A DNA stretch of 61,251 nucleotides, counting the filler, from Sphacelaria rigidula (Eukaryota), in NCBI GenBank assembly GCA_964200075.2. It is 5 parts of 5 records of this genome, joined end to end, with 100 filler letters (N's around TTAATTAATTAA, not from the genome) between each part and the next. Parts side by side here need not be neighbours in the genome. Positions count along the whole stretch, not along the records: positions 1 to 12,171 come from CAXNAA020004050.1; positions 12,272 to 24,442 come from CAXNAA020004051.1; positions 24,543 to 36,713 come from CAXNAA020004052.1; 2 more parts are not named here. One strand, written 5' to 3'. Made by a program: the position numbers and the translations under genes. Under the pieces are notes generated by a model that saw only the letters and a list, made by a program, of their open reading frames with translations, was not told the DNA's origin and made no database searches. Below, one piece after another: positions 12,120-26,089 of the stretch; the stretch's first letter is position 1, and every line of letters begins with the position of its first letter.

Positions 12120-12171
12120 GCCGGTCGCCCCAGTGGCTCAGCTGGTAAGCTCGTTACCTTCTGACGGTTGA
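12120..12171 (+). mobile_element. SINE 5' tRNA-like head, cut by contig end
   Basis: GCCGGTCGCCCCAGTGGCTCAGCTGGTAA... matches the heads at 41409, 51583 and 58889. Confidence 0.8.
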
Positions 12172-12271
12172 NNNNNNNNNNNNNNNNNNNNNNNNNNNNN
12201 NNNNNNNNNNNNNNNTTAATTAATTAANNNNNNNNNNNNNNNNNNNNNNNNNNNNNNNNNNNNNNNNNNNN
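12172..12271. other. Artificial contig linker
   Basis: 44 N + TTAATTAATTAA (stops in all six frames) + 44 N. Confidence 0.97.
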
Positions 12272-14465
12272 TCTCATCCTCAATGAAAAGCACCATCCTC
12301 AACATAGATGATCGGCTGTTTCAAGGTATAAACAAAAATGGCAGTTTCCCCCCTTTTGCTTTACACAAGCAAGAAGTAGCTCAAGTATCGAAATATTTTT
12401 GCGGAACAAAAATTCAAACTCACTCTTCGGCCGTGATGTATCATCTTGCTCATTCTAAAAACATATTTTCATCCGGTAGTAGGGGACTTCATCGTTATTT
12501 TACTCGTGGTAGGTGTGGTGCCGAGCATACGTGGCCCGCAGTGAATCAGATGATGGTGAATCTTCCTAGGGTAAAGAAAAGCGCCACGAGTCAAAATCAA
12601 TACCCAACCGCTGCCTTGGTGCCCACACAGGTGCACAACCAATTTAATTGCACCGCGGCGCCTTTGCAAGGGTCGGAAGAATCCATGATTTGTCTGGAAA
12701 ACACTCCATCTTAGTGCGATTAACCCGTACCGTACGAATCAATCCTCCAGTCCTCAGGTTCTGTTTTAGGGTTACAACCTGTGACGGTTGCTGACTGGTC
12801 AGTTAGTCTAGTTGGTCTCCCTTAAACCGTCACAAAAGTTAGTTGCTGGTTCGGTTCCCGTCGGACGCACTTTCTTTGAAGAAAAAAGAGGAGAGAAAAC
12901 CTCTGATGAAAAAGTAGCCCCAAGGAGAGAAACTTCATTAAAAAATTGGCCCAAAAGGAAAAGGGTGGGGTATAGCCTGGTGGCTATGTTTGGAGTGGAC
13001 TGCTAGGGTCCCCAGTGCACACACTCTGGTAATGAGTGGGAGAGACGAGTAACTCACGATTACGGTGAGAAGCGACAACACTAGAGGTTACTGATGGCAG
13101 TCGATAGAGCGCTAGCAAGGGGAGTCGCCCTCCTCGGAGTGAAAGTGACGGGGATTGAACGTCCACGACTGTCTAGTTGGTTGTCTCTTAAACCGTCACA
13201 AACCCAGGTAGGCGCAGCCCAGGAACGCGGAATGACAGGTGATGAAAAAAAAGCATCGACACCTTCTTGACCAGCGGTCAACTTTCTTCTCTCTTTCGAG
13301 CAATCAGGCCTGAAAATCGTGGATTAGGTGATTCGAACCGGCGATTATTCGTCAGAACCGTGCACCTTTGTGTAATATTTTTCACTTCTGCGCGATCTGA
13401 TTGGCTATACCATAGTGTACACATGGGCCATTTTCCATGACAACTTTTTTTTGTTTTTCGGGCGTTCGTTACGCACGTCACATGTCACCTAACCAAAAAC
13501 ACAGCTAACAAAAAAAGGAGATCGGGGTCGCACTTACAGGATAGTTGCAAGCTCAAGCAGGGCTCCACGGTCCAGCGCTTGGTGAAGCTACCGCAGTACA
13601 TAACCGGTGAGATCACATCATGTACTTGGAACGTTTCCATTTACGATGCTGTTGTATTGCACTAAGTGTAGCCTCATGCGTGCATTGCAGTACATGCGTC
13701 GTATGCGGAGTTGTGCTGTGCTCCCCAGTCTACGGTAGTCTGTCCGGACCCATGTTGGCTGTGTTCAAATGTCCGTTCTGCACGTTTGTGCAAGCACAGC
13801 AGGAACACAATTCAAAAACAAATTTCTTCACAGAGCTCGTGTGCTATGAAAGAAGAATGGTAGGCAAGGAATCCGTCGAGCCAGCACCAACACTCACTTA
13901 TCCGGCCTATCGGAGGAACTACTGCACATCACAGACGGCACAATTACACTACCTGCTCCGTGCAGATGATCCTCACATGTCAAAACCCCGTACATGCCTT
14001 GTTGCCTCTGCAGGGTCGTACATAGTGCACGCTGTCGCTTTAGACCAAGTCGCCTTACCACGCTGTACGGGCTGTGCTGTGGACACTGTCCCTGCCCTGT
14101 TATTGAGGTGATCTTAGAGCTACTTGTCTGGCGCCACGCGACACGCATGGACTACTAGTGTATCACGGTAAAATACTGTTCTGAAAATACCAGCACCAGC
14201 GCATCAGTACCAGCACCAGCACCCAGTGTTGCGCATGGGTTAGTGTCACGTTCTTCACCACCTATATCGAAATCAATACACGATGGGATCAGCAGGCTCG
14301 ATGAAGCATGGAATCACAGTCATGTTGGCCTCCAAACACGGGAAATATGAGTTGCTCCATCTTAAAAGAACTCCAGCTCCATTGCACTGATGGCAGCGCG
14401 CAAACTGACGATTAATGTTTCCCAACCCTAGGCAGAACAGATACTGACAGGAGAACGAGTATTGC

Positions 14466-14805
14466 AAGGGGGTCGAGTAGGGTATACCCAATACTCGATA
14501 CTTGTGAAAAGTCAAACTCTTATTAGTACCCGAGCACTTGGGTAGATTGTTGATATCATACCAAATTTTCCCAAATGTTGGGTAGAGTATCGAGGTCATA
14601 CCCAAGTGATTCTCTACACCCAGGTATAGTGCTGAGAGTACCTACCCAAATTTTCGATGGGAGTATCGAAATCGTACCCAATTCCCCACTTTTCGGGTAG
14701 AGTCTTGAGGTCATATCCAAGTGAAATCCTACACCCAGGAATTTGACGGGATTGCTTCCCCAATATTTGGGTCAAGTATTGAGGCCGCACCCAAGTGATT
14801 GTCTA
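14466..14805 (+). repeat. Degenerate tandem array (GGGTAGAGTATCGAGGTCATACCCAAGTGA-like units), probable TE subterminal region
   Basis: Motif recurs at about 14580, 14694 and 14770. Confidence 0.55.
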
Positions 14806-15894
14806 TGGCCGCTTTTTACAGTATAGTTGAAAACGGACGCTTTGAGAACTGCCCTTTCTGAGTCTCTCATCGCGGAGTTTCGGCGGAATACGGGCCTTGG
14901 CAGCTTTGGCCTCCTCTGAAAGATTTGTTATGTTTCAACGAGGATTCTAGCGCACTTCTCCGATTTTTCGCAGACCTAGTTTCACTTTTGGACGGATCCA
15001 CGGTTTTTTCAGTCGCCCCCCAAATTGTCCAATTGTCAGGAAAACCACGTATTTCATCCCAGCTCTAGGCCCCAACTATAGACCTTACAATATGAGCCGT
15101 GGAGCCTTTTGACTCGGCTGAATACTGGCTACAAAACTGATTCCCGGACGGTCCTCTTGGTACCTCCTGCTGAACCGTACTGGCTTCTATCAGGCTGGTT
15201 GACTTTACGTACGAGATGCGTATGTGCAATACATCATTTGCACAGATTCGATGTCCGCGTTGGCCTTTACTGATGACACGCCTTGATACCCCGAACTGGA
15301 AATGGGAAAGTTTCAACGGTCATTTTGCAATAAAGAAAGGATTGATGTCGCAAATGGCATTTGGGATTCGGCGTCTCCACCAAATTTCCTGTCGGACGTT
15401 GTTTTTTTGTCTTGATTTAAGCCGGAATCGAGCAGGCGAGACTTCAACCTGGAGTAGCATGGAAATGCCTCCTAGCCCTGTCATTCGCGGCAACGGTGTA
15501 CGGTATTGAAGCTTGCTGGACTGGCTAGCATTTGTCTAAGCTATGCATATGAAGTTGAGTGGGTTCACTTGATGCTGTGTGAGTACAGGTATTGATGAAT
15601 CTTATCTGCGTGTCTGAGAGCAGTGAAATGCGGCTGAGGCGTTCACTAAAATCGACATAACCGCGGGGTTTTGCCGCACATGGCTCGTGCTGGCCAAGCC
15701 AAGCTCTCTCGGACTCATGCTACACCGGTGCATATTTTTATGTAATTTCCGTACTTGTTGTAGTATAAAATCTGTTTACCAGCCACTTTCTGGGTCAGGA
15801 TCCATACGTGGAGATAATTTTGTAGGAAATTTTCGCGCGAAGGGGCCAAAGTTAAGGACCCCTTGAATATCAGGTGAAGAATTCAACCATGGGG

Positions 15895-16635
15895 CATGTC
15901 CTGCCTCACTTTACTGCAGCACAAACACGCTCATTCTCTCCATCATGTGCTGTAGCTATCACTGTTCTGTGGTGTGTTGAGACCTTACGAAGACGGTTTT
16001 GTCTCCGCTGGAATTGCTTGAGCTGCTGCATTGTCGTTGTGTTCGTTTTGGTGGACAATAGTGACAGTCGGCAGGCAGTGCTGTTTGCACGTTGAATGTG
16101 AAAACCTTCATCGTGTATTGGGAGTTTCATCCTCCGTGACACGAGCGGGGTGCTGCCCAGACCCATCATTTGCGAGAAGCCGAGCATGGCTGGGTAAAGA
16201 CGCACAACCAGCGCCTGTGTACACCGCTCGACCGGCTGGGCCAAACCCCCCATGCTTGGCTGAAAGGAGCAACCCGCAGCACAGGGCGGGTATACTACAC
16301 CGCCTGAGTACTGACGGCACCCTGCAACATAGCGGTCGCGGCTGCGGCTCGCGGCCACAGAAAGACACAACCAATCATACGAAGATGAAGATATATCGAT
16401 GGACGAGTATCGCATTGACCCCCTGTGGCGGCAATGTACCACTCGCCTTCTGCTGGTGCGCCTTCTGCTGGTGCGCCTTCTGCTGGTGCGCCTTCTGCTG
16501 GTGCGCCTGCTGCTTCGCTTCTCTGCTGCTCGTGTTCGTCCAGGCGCGACTACTGTATACATTGATGTACTGTCTGTAGTACGTATACCGCAGATGTGAC
16601 TCGAGCTGCGAGCCGATCACGAACATTTATCACTA
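15895..16635 (-). repeat. Dispersed non-coding repeat (copy 2), containing a 15-bp minisatellite
   Basis: Reverse-complement homolog of 5112-5915; (CGCCTTCTGCTGGTG)x4 at 16444-16503. Confidence 0.75.
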
Positions 16636-17170
16636 CAGTAGTGGGCGGTCTGACTATTTTGGGGTGTTTTGGGGCTTTCTTCGCGTACTACTCTTAGATA
16701 AAACTCGAAATTGCTAGCATTGGTAGATTTTGGTACAACAAAACAGGTCGCCCTTGAAACACAGTGCCCAAGTCAGTGTTAGTTAGTGTTGTCGGGCGAA
16801 ACGAGTAAGTACCCCGTTCAACAGGAAGGTGTTATTGACCGTGAAACAGAGTTTTTCGGGCCTAGTGCACTGAGTAGCCAGAATAATACTAAAAAAAAAA
16901 CTGTGACATTCTTTTACAAATATGATCGGGACGGGCTCGATCGACCGAAAATACAGAAGAGTATGGATCTGGGCTGAAACGTGGCAGGACCCCCGATGAC
17001 CGGTCAACCCATAAGTCACTCACTATTGAGTGCAGATGATTTTTTTTTGAAATGTGGAGCGGATACAAATATCTTCGGAGCCCCGATGTGATAAGCGATG
17101 GCAAGCGAAAAGAGCCCAAGGAAATCGCCAATCACGAAAACATCACAAAATGTCACGGAATGAACAGTTA
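16636..17170. mobile_element. Second copy of the Tc1/mariner MITE, opposite orientation, one TIR decayed
   Basis: TA|CAGTAGTGGGCGGTCTGAC start; interior is the reverse complement of 9287-9835. Confidence 0.8.
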
Positions 17171-20100
17171 CTATACACGATTCACTTCCAAGGTCTTATT
17201 TCATTGAGGCTAGATCCCCCTGATTCCATACTGGAGGGCCTCTGAGTCGCTGACGTTTCCATTTTACTCCAAAAATCAACCTCATGTATGGGCGTTGTGC
17301 CCCTTTTTGTTGTTGGAAAGCCAGTAGAACACGTTACAGCCCGTGTCGAGCGCGGGCCGTGTTTGCCCAACGTCGATGACGCTTGGACCACCTGGTGTTC
17401 GCAAGTTCATCGAACTCGTGCCACTTTTTTTCATCCGCGGGATGTCTGTATGTATTCCCGCTCAAGAATTTTGGAATGGGTTGCCCATCGTCTGGACGCT
17501 AGGCGCACATCTTTCTTGTTTCAGGAGCTCCCACAGCACAGGAGAAGGTTTCTGCATTTGATGGGAGCACAGCGGTACCTAGAACGTAGCTGCATAGGCA
17601 CACTTCGTACTAAAGCCAAGCCAAGTGGGATCAACTGCCAGTTTTTTCGGCACGTGATCGAACCTCCACCAAAGTGATCTGTCGACGAGGCGCATATAAT
17701 CCAGCTAGATATTTTCCAGTCGAATGCTGATAACCCTATGGTTACATGCATTGCCTTCGCGAGGTGGGGAACGGTGCAGACGGAGGGTAGTAACGGGGTA
17801 TTCGCCAGACTGAGAGTCTAGCATTCAACTGGAAGTCTAGCATGTGATTGAGGGTCTGGCAAATGATTGAGAGTCGGAACCGAAATAATGGAAAGTCCTG
17901 ATCCATTCGTCGACTGGGGTTCTTCAAGAAATACTTCGCCAAGCAAGGAGAGGAGCGGCTCGAATCAAAGCCATTGACCGTGAGATGAGTTCAATATAAT
18001 TTTTCATCGCATTGGCCTCGTTCATCAGCAGCGATCTGGAACTCCAGAGGTCCAGAAATAGTCGATCAGTGCCTGAAACAGTTTCACTGCCGAAATGTCG
18101 CTGGAATCGTGTCTTCTACAAGGTCCTAGATGATATCTGTAGTAGCCTACCACGGAATCCTCTCATATCTCCAAGAAGGATATCAACGAACGCGACATTG
18201 TTCTAGGGAATAAAACCCACAAAGGGAAAAAGAAATGGTCAGATTGGAGCAAATCGAAAATCTCACTCTGAAGCAAATCCTAGACTTGATCCGGCGAGAA
18301 GGTAGTTGGCAGTCTGTCGCAATACGACGTGGGTGGTCCGCGGAGGGGGGTCGTGAGGAAAACCGAAGCAGTTACACACTTGGCCCCTCCTCGTCCCACA
18401 CAACCTCATTTCGCTAGAGCGCTTCGAGTATGCTTTGCACATCACGTATGTCGTGCTTTTCAATCATTTTCACACTCAGTCATACTCGCCCCGTGCTACG
18501 ACAGCTTGCTCTCAAGAAATGGGGGCCAAGTGTGTATAGCGGCGTACAGCCCGAAATCCCGCGATGTCCGTCATTTTTCGAAGAAGATACGGACGCTTTT
18601 TAAAAACTGTACTGGAGAAACAAATCAGCAGCGGACGCGACATCAGCAGACCTGGTTCGAACGGAACGATTGTCTCCGCCAATATAACTTTTCCACGGAT
18701 GCCACACCACGCACACAGGGGAGGGTGGCCGACGTGAAGGCATGTGTTGTCGCGCTCATGTACAGTTTGTTGCAAGGGTGGTGTCATCCACTGAATACCA
18801 ATTCATATGCAATCGTTTTCCACCTCAGACCTTCGTCTGGTGGTGGGGTTGGTATATTGTCAGGGAGCGATGCCTGAGGAATCAACTTGCTCCTTCCATG
18901 CAGTTTATTTGCCAAATTCACAGCTTTTTACAAGAGATAAGTATCGTGGAAAAATGACGGTGCGGGATGGGTTGTCTTGTCCTGCCTTCTTTCAGGGAAG
19001 AGGCTTCCCGTCTCGTCCCGTCTGAAATAATTCCAATATTTTTGTCATGTCTCGTCGTTTTCCGGAGGAAAGGAAAACGTTCCTGTTCCATCCCAAGGTG
19101 GTACGTTGTACTTGATGTGTTTTTTTTGTTTTCGAGTTGATTCCCCGTTATCCTCACTGCTTCGCTGGTTGTCATTTCTGGATCTCTCGGGCAGTGTTTC
19201 GGTACCCGTTTCATATCGTTACTTCTTATATACCACTTATGGTGCGGTCAGACGTGCAAGGGATGAAGAGCGCGTATTTTGACCCTTTGGCAGCGTGTTT
19301 CGCTTGAAAAGATGGACTGGCGGGTTATGCGACCTTGGAATGATTCGCTCTAAAATCTGAAAGCATATCAGCACTCCTTGACGATTTCTGGTGTGTGCCG
19401 TTTGACTTCAGTCGAGGCAAAAAAAAACGTGAACCGTGGTACACACCGATCAATCGTGTCGATCTCGCATGCATTTTCGTGACTCGGGAAGGTTTGTACA
19501 AAAGTACCATTATCATTTCTCGCGCCCAGATTCAAAGTGCACGCACCGAGACTCGCCAATATGTCCTGGAATCCTGTCGGGTGGTGGAACATATCATTCC
19601 CATACCGAATAACCCGTTCGGCCTTCCACTCAGCGGCAGAACGTTAGCGAAGGGTCAAGATAGGCACTTTTGATCGGTTAGCGCTTTTGGTCCCAAAGAC
19701 GTCATCCTTTGATTTTCTTCCCGTCTTGTTTGCATCTTGTGCTCCGTACTGCTCGGTGTTGCTCTGGCTTTGCACTTCGTGAGTCGTCGAGATCTCGTCT
19801 CGACCCCTGGTTATGTCTTCAGTCTGTCCCTGATAGCTGCGCCTATCGATCTCTACTCATGTTCTCGTCGATATGTATCTCACTGCTTTCTCCCGGTAAT
19901 TACATTGTTGATTTCTGGTGCGGTTCTGCTCAGAGGTTTTCTGTTCCGAGCTTAGCTGTTGGTCGTGTATTTCTTACAGAGGGGAGACTGCTGCTTAGAA
20001 TTTGCCCGTCCGAGCTCATGTGTTGATGGGGTGCTTTTTTTAGAGGGCGAACATTCCAGTCTGCAGCTCGCTACTGCAGTGAAATGCTCCCCACCGGAGG

Positions 20101-21107
20101 ATGAACAATGCTTCCTTGCGTGGTTACCTCGGAACGTTACCTTTCGACCGCGGGTCTGAATAACCTGGCTAATGCGATGGAGAGATGAAAGAAGTGGACA
20201 CCCCTTCACATCCTGACGGGATATCCTGTCAATGAAACAGGATATTCGTCCAATGTCACAGGTAATTAAAGATAACCCTGAGTTTATTTCCGAACTCGTG
20301 CCTGACTTGATATAATGTACTTACTCTACAGTAACGCCATTCGCGGTATACAACATATTTTGACTAACCGATATCCTGGCGCAAAGGCAAGTCGGTACGT
20401 CTTGAGCGAACAACGTGTAGACCAATTTTGGAACGCAATTTGTGTCGGTCGTACATATAGCCGCCCACGTACGACTTGGAGGTACGTTGCTTGCACAGCA
20501 CGTTCCCTCGGTAGGTGCACTGACACACATCGATTGTGTAAAACATCCCATGCTGGACAAGCGTGATGTATAATGACCGCGCAAAATGTTTCACGCCCGA
20601 GATGATCATATATATTGCCGGCACAATACGTTGTGCGTGAGTGAGTGCCTTGGGGATTGGACGTGAATGAGTTCCGTATGTGTATCGGGCGTGAAATATA
20701 CGGTTGGGCCGGTAGGTGCAACATGTGCCGACGAGACAAGACATTTCACCCACTTGAAATTGTTGATGGAAAAATGACGATTGCAAGGGTCTTCTTCTCG
20801 GGCAAGGCAAGATATGGTTGTCTTTGTCCCACTGTTGATGGTGCATCCCATCAAATCGGCGCAGCACTGTATGTTCAAGTATGCTAACGGGACAGATTAG
20901 TGCGCCGAATTCGAAGTGACATTTTCCCGGTGACGAAAGCTCGCATTTGGGAGTTTATTCTTTTTTTCGCGAGTTCAAAAGGGTGCAATCGTGTATTGGA
21001 TGTAACCTATAGGTACATCTCTAACGTACTTTTTCCGGTACGCTCTCAGTATGTACTGTTCTTACGCTTGATCGACGGCCCGCGGTGTACATTACTTATG
21101 ATAATTC

Positions 21108-24100
21108 CAGGGGTCTACACGTTACATGTGCCACAGCGTTACACGTTACGCGTGAACGTTATGTTTTGGCCGAAACGTAACGTGAACGTCATTTTTTTTT
21201 ACGTGACGAATGTAACGTGAACGTAGCGTTATATTTTCAAATGAAACGTTAACGTAACGTTCAAATCACGTAATATGAAACGTTTCATGTAACGTGTAAC
21301 GTCTATTGCACGTTACGCCTGCATTGTTCGTTGCATGTTACGTTGCACGTTACGTTACACGCTACATGAAACGTCATGAACACGTCACATGAAGTGGTAA
21401 AGCTTCCGAGTTTGCAGTGAAGTGTCAAATCCCAGAATATTGTGCTTCAATAAACACGAGTGAGTTCGAATGACCATGGTATAGGTATGGTACTATTTCA
21501 GCGATTTCGCGCTCTCGCCATCACACCTCACATTCCAAGTTATTGTTGCAGCACTGCATCATAATATCATAATCATCTCGACCACATTCGAGGCTACTTC
21601 TTATGTACGAAGAAACACGTTGTCAGAAAAGCCGTTTTTTAACAGCGCGATTTTCCACATAAGTCTTCAAAGTAGCTCCTTTTACGTGATCGACGCTCTG
21701 TCAAAACTGAAAACCAGTGTTGATCGTTTTCTATGAGATGTGCAGGCATAATTTCAAATTTTGGGGCGCGCGAGAGAGACGCAGCACTCTGTTGTCGTGT
21801 CGTGGTGTACGGTCCGTACTGACTGTACTACTGTGATACATTGCCTGAGCAATACATAGTGGGCTGCGTGACGCAAGACGATCAATACTAACACCGTCTT
21901 GCTGTACTAACTGGCTGTAGAAGTGACGGTTGTGCTTTTTCACTGCACGGTACGAGCTGGGCCAGCCAACCATGGGTGTTTTCCTTGCTCAGGCGACGCA
22001 CGGCGTGATATCAGGAGTTGGATGCTGAAATCTTGACGGCAGCTTTTCATGATCGAAATGCAGAAGATCACGTCAGCAGTCACGTCAGCAGCAAAGAAGG
22101 AAATTCAAAATGAAGGCGTTATGGGCATTTGAAATTTCAGCAAAAACAAAATAATGTCATGAGTACATGAAGAAAATGATAATCTACACCTGCTGTTGTG
22201 AAGTATCATTCCCTTGGGTGCAGAAGCTCTCCCTAAAATTTCAGCTCAAGAGTCGTCGAATTGGGCCGTGCGTGCAACAGTTTCCGTGGCGCTGCTGCAC
22301 CCCAGTGGTCAAGGTGATGGAGCCGACTCCAATCACTGAGGTCACGAGTTCAAATCTCATCACAATATTTTGTTTTTTGTCATGGCATTTTGTTTGCATC
22401 ACCCCAGGGCGCACAAATCCAAATCTGGGACCCCCACTCCATTTTCATCACTATGGGCCGCCCGACGGAGAGGGGGGAGGGGGTGTTTCTCACGGTATAC
22501 AAAATCTTATATAAAGTAGGACACCACACTTATTCCCATACAAAACAAGTCACTTCATCTTAGACTGGGGACGAAAGTACTCGTGCCTGAACTGGGTTGA
22601 ATGACACCAATTAAGTTCATCGTTGGGGGTGCGGAGGGGGGGGGTTTCTCATGGTACACAAAATTGCTAAGGACGGGGTTTGTACCGGCGCACCATGGAG
22701 AAGAATCCCTCCGCATTTGATGAAATCCCGTCTTGACGTGGTTGTAATTTCAAAGAACACGTGAATGATGTTATCCTACGCGCATCAACGCACGTGGACA
22801 TCGACAAAAAGCCCTTTGTCATCAGGTGGGTCTGCAGTTCACAGTGATATGCTTACATCGGTTTCACTGGGGAAACCGGGAAAGCTGTGGTGTGAGCTAC
22901 TTTCAGCCGCTTTTAAGCTGGCCCAGCTCGTAGTACTTGGCCGAGAGGACAGCACGGACAACAGTACACACAACAGTGCTGTACTGTATGCATTGGCTGA
23001 GTGATGGCTTGGCTGCCATCACCACTGCTGTCGCTAGTGCTCGCGGGCAGTCAGCGTGCTGCTTTACTGTCCCTCCCTCGCCAGTAGCGTGATGGCCCTC
23101 ACCCCCATGAGAATAGCGCAGGGTAGAGTCGATGACGAGTGCTGTACGAACATTCTGTATGTAGTTTGCACAGTATTGTAGCTCAGTTCAGGTCTGTGCA
23201 TGCAGCGTGCTGCAAACAACACTCGAATACGGTACAGATTGCCCAAGCACCCAAGCTCTTTAGACACTACAGCAGTAATGCTTCTTATACTCTGGTCTTG
23301 TGTTTACAGTCAGTACGGTCCCGTCTCTACAACTTTTGGATGCGTGGGCAGTCTGTACTGCATTGCGAGAGCTGTTCGCAACACGCTGCATGCGCAGACC
23401 TGAACTGCGAGCTACAATACCCTGTGTGCAAACTACATACAGTGTTTGTACAGCACTCGTCATCGACCCTGCCCTGTGCTGTTCTCATGGGGTAAAGGAC
23501 CACCATGATACTGGCGAGCGAAGGACAAATAAGCAACACGCTTACTGCCCGCGAGCACCAGCGACAGCAGTGGTGATGGCAGCCAAGCTATCATGGCTGC
23601 TGTCATGGGCTAGAGGGTGTGCTGGCGTACGGCGGTATTTCAAACGCATTTTCAATGAAATTTTCGATAGCTCAAAGCTATCAGAAAATCCTGATTTTCC
23701 GATAAATTTGGGGTATCGGCAACTGGTATCAGAAAATGTTGTAGAAAAAAAGGTGTTTTCTGATCACATAAGAAGCGGGTTTTTCGTCATTTATCAGAAA
23801 ACACGTTTTTTTGTAGAGCTTTTTTTAAACATGAAAAGTAGCCGACTGGTTACCGTCAGCGTCACGTACACGGTAACATCACGCGTGACACGACACGTTA
23901 CAATGCCCTAAACACTGGTCAATGAGCGGCCACAGCACAAAATGAAACGTTACATTCAAGCTGTAATGGTGTCAACGTAACGTTATATTAGATGTGACAC
24001 GTGGCATTGAAACGTTTCATATTACGTTACATGTAACGAAACGTCACGTTATTTCTTCACGTGATGAACGTGACGTTATTTCCAAATGAAGCGTTAACGT

Positions 24101-24197
24101 AACGTTAGAATTTATTTATCGTTACATATGTAACGCAACGTGACCGTTTTTTTTCACGTGATGAACGTAACGGGAACGTGTGACGTGTAGACCGCTG
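21108..24197. mobile_element. hAT-like non-autonomous element, 3.09 kb, with nested repeats
   Basis: TIR CAG(G/C)GGTCTACACGT(T/C)ACA. Perfect 8-bp TSD GATAATTC (21100-21107, 24198-24205). ACGT-dense subterminal regions at both ends. No transposase ORF seen. Confidence 0.88.
23000..23595. repeat. Foldback / long inverted repeat (arms about 23000-23265 and 23322-23595)
   Basis: Direct reverse-complement match, e.g. GCTTGGCTGCCATCACCACTGCTGTCGCT versus AGCGACAGCAGTGGTGATGGCAGCCAAGC. Confidence 0.85.
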
Positions 24198-24442
24198 GAT
24201 AATTCCAATTTCACTTACGAGCTGGGCCAGCAGTATATGCAGCATTTACATCTCCAACTATAACTCGTCAAGTTTACCAAATCAGCTCGACTCGAGCATA
24301 TCGCTGTGAACTGCAGACCAACCTGGTAGTGTACGCCACCGCCGCTGGTCGATTGGCGAAGTTTTAGCGATGATGTTATTGTACTGCATGGAGTACCAGG
24401 AACGTCTCGCGTCGTTGTGTGATGGCGTGTCTGATGACGTTT

Positions 24443-24542
24443 NNNNNNNNNNNNNNNNNNNNNNNNNNNNNNNNNNNNNNNNNNNNTTAATTAATTAANN
24501 NNNNNNNNNNNNNNNNNNNNNNNNNNNNNNNNNNNNNNNNNN
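24443..24542. other. Artificial contig linker
   Basis: 44N-TTAATTAATTAA-44N. Confidence 0.97.
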
Positions 24543-24998
24543 ACGCTGAAATAAAGCCTGGGGATTGATTCGTTACGAGTCGACTCATTATACTAAAATC
24601 AAGTAATTTTCAGACGAACCATTATTTGTCCGACCCTTGCAAATTTGTCAAACACGCTGCCACGGAATGCAGAAGCTGACATGAGACTCCTATCGCCATA
24701 TGTTTAGCAAGATAAATGAAGAAAAAAGAACGAAGTGCAATTTCGTTTTCATCCCAGGTGGCAATACATGCCTTCGCGCTACAATCTCATTAACCGTAAC
24801 TAACTATTATGGCGCATGCTGGGAGCGACGCGCTCACGTTTTGCGCCAATACAGTGGGGATCAAACTGCGGAGATAGCTGCAGTGGTTACCCGTATTTCA
24901 GATTGTTGTGGTGTGAGTCAACTCACCCTTGTCTGCGGATCGCGTTTTAGAAAGGAACCTCGACAAAGTAAGCTAATAGGGCGAAGCCGTATGTTATA

Positions 24999-26089
24999 CT
25001 TCCTCTGGCTGGCATTATAGGTCGGATTTGGACACTATGCGGCGTAGCTTGGCCCCATAGTACTCTTATTCCGAACCGTTTTTTTCTCTGCATTTTTTGT
25101 ACTGGCGCGGCGCACCGCTGTTTTTGAAATTCTCTCCAAAAAACCTTGTGCCACCCCACCAAAAGTCGCTCGAAATCACCACCTCAATTTTGAAGCCCCG
25201 GTCAAAACCCTTCCCGGCTGCCAGCGGGACATGTCCGCTGTTGGGGGTGCGGACCAGGTGCAGGAACGCAAGAATTTCAACACTTCCGAAAAGAATCAAG
25301 TGATTCGGCACCTCCTCGCTGGCAGCAAGAACAGCGTCCCGGAGCACGGTGCGTTCAAGGCGGCCGCGGAGAAGTTCGGCTGCTGTTCGGAGGCGATATC
25401 TAGGTTGTGGAAGAAAGATGACCTGCAGCATAAAGCAGGGATCGCCAACCCAAAGCTGACGAACGGTCGCAGGGGGAAATGCGGCCAGAAGGGCATCAAC
25501 ATCCCGGAACTTACTGCGCGCCTCCAGGACATTCCGCTGAACGCCCGCGCCACACAGCGTCGTTTGGCTGCAGCGCTCGGTATTGTCCATTCTACGCTGC
25601 TCGACAACCTCAAGGCGCTTGAATTGAGGGCACACTCGAACATGCTCAACCCGTTTCTCACCAACGACGGGATGCTTTGAAGGCTGCGGTGGGTGGCACG
25701 GTTGTACGGCAGTGCGACACTGCAATTCCGGCAAGGCGGCGACACGGCGCTATCCACACGACAACTTGACCCCCACCCCCTCAAATTTGATGCGCGATCT
25801 TCTCCATTCGGCAATTCGGGGGGGGGACGTTGCTAGCTACAACACGCCCGCGAACCCAATTTTTCGACTGCTAGTTACAATAAAGCTAAATTTTCACGAT
25901 TTCCCCTCATCAGGGGACGATAATGAACGATCCCCTCCCTCGTCTTGGATTTTTTTTTCATCCAACATGATATTTGATCGCTTTTCAAGCTTGTCGGACG
26001 TCCCACAGTTACTAAATGACCGAAATACGACAAATCTGACTTATATTGCCGGATTTCCAAATGCGACTTCTAATGCCGGCCAGAGGAAG
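24999..26089 (+). mobile_element. Mariner-like (plant DD39D-type) internal-deletion derivative retaining the transposase N-terminal HTH region
   Basis: TIR CTTCCTCTGGC(T/C)GGCATTA.A.GTCG.ATTTGGA with TA TSD. ORF 25231-25680 contains GAFKAAAEKFGCCSEAISRLWK...IPLNARATQRRLAAALGIVHSTL...NPFLT. Confidence 0.85.

Noticed and set aside
14034..14070. VALDQ as the next Mpv17/PMP22 exon
   Set aside because: No AG acceptor, the downstream sequence does not fit the family, and it lies on a different contig.
13620..14111. Cys-rich ORF resembling a zinc ribbon
   Set aside because: Cys enrichment can be explained by TG-rich sequence, and there is no supporting domain or splice structure.
15906..16599. Long overlapping ORFs with RRTSR / CWCAF / LLVRL repeats
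   Set aside because: Artefacts of a stop-free 15-bp minisatellite inside a dispersed repeat.
17180..20890. Possible LINE or Gypsy coding remnants (e.g. CNMCRRDK near 20720)
   Set aside because: No diagnostic RT or integrase motifs could be read with confidence.
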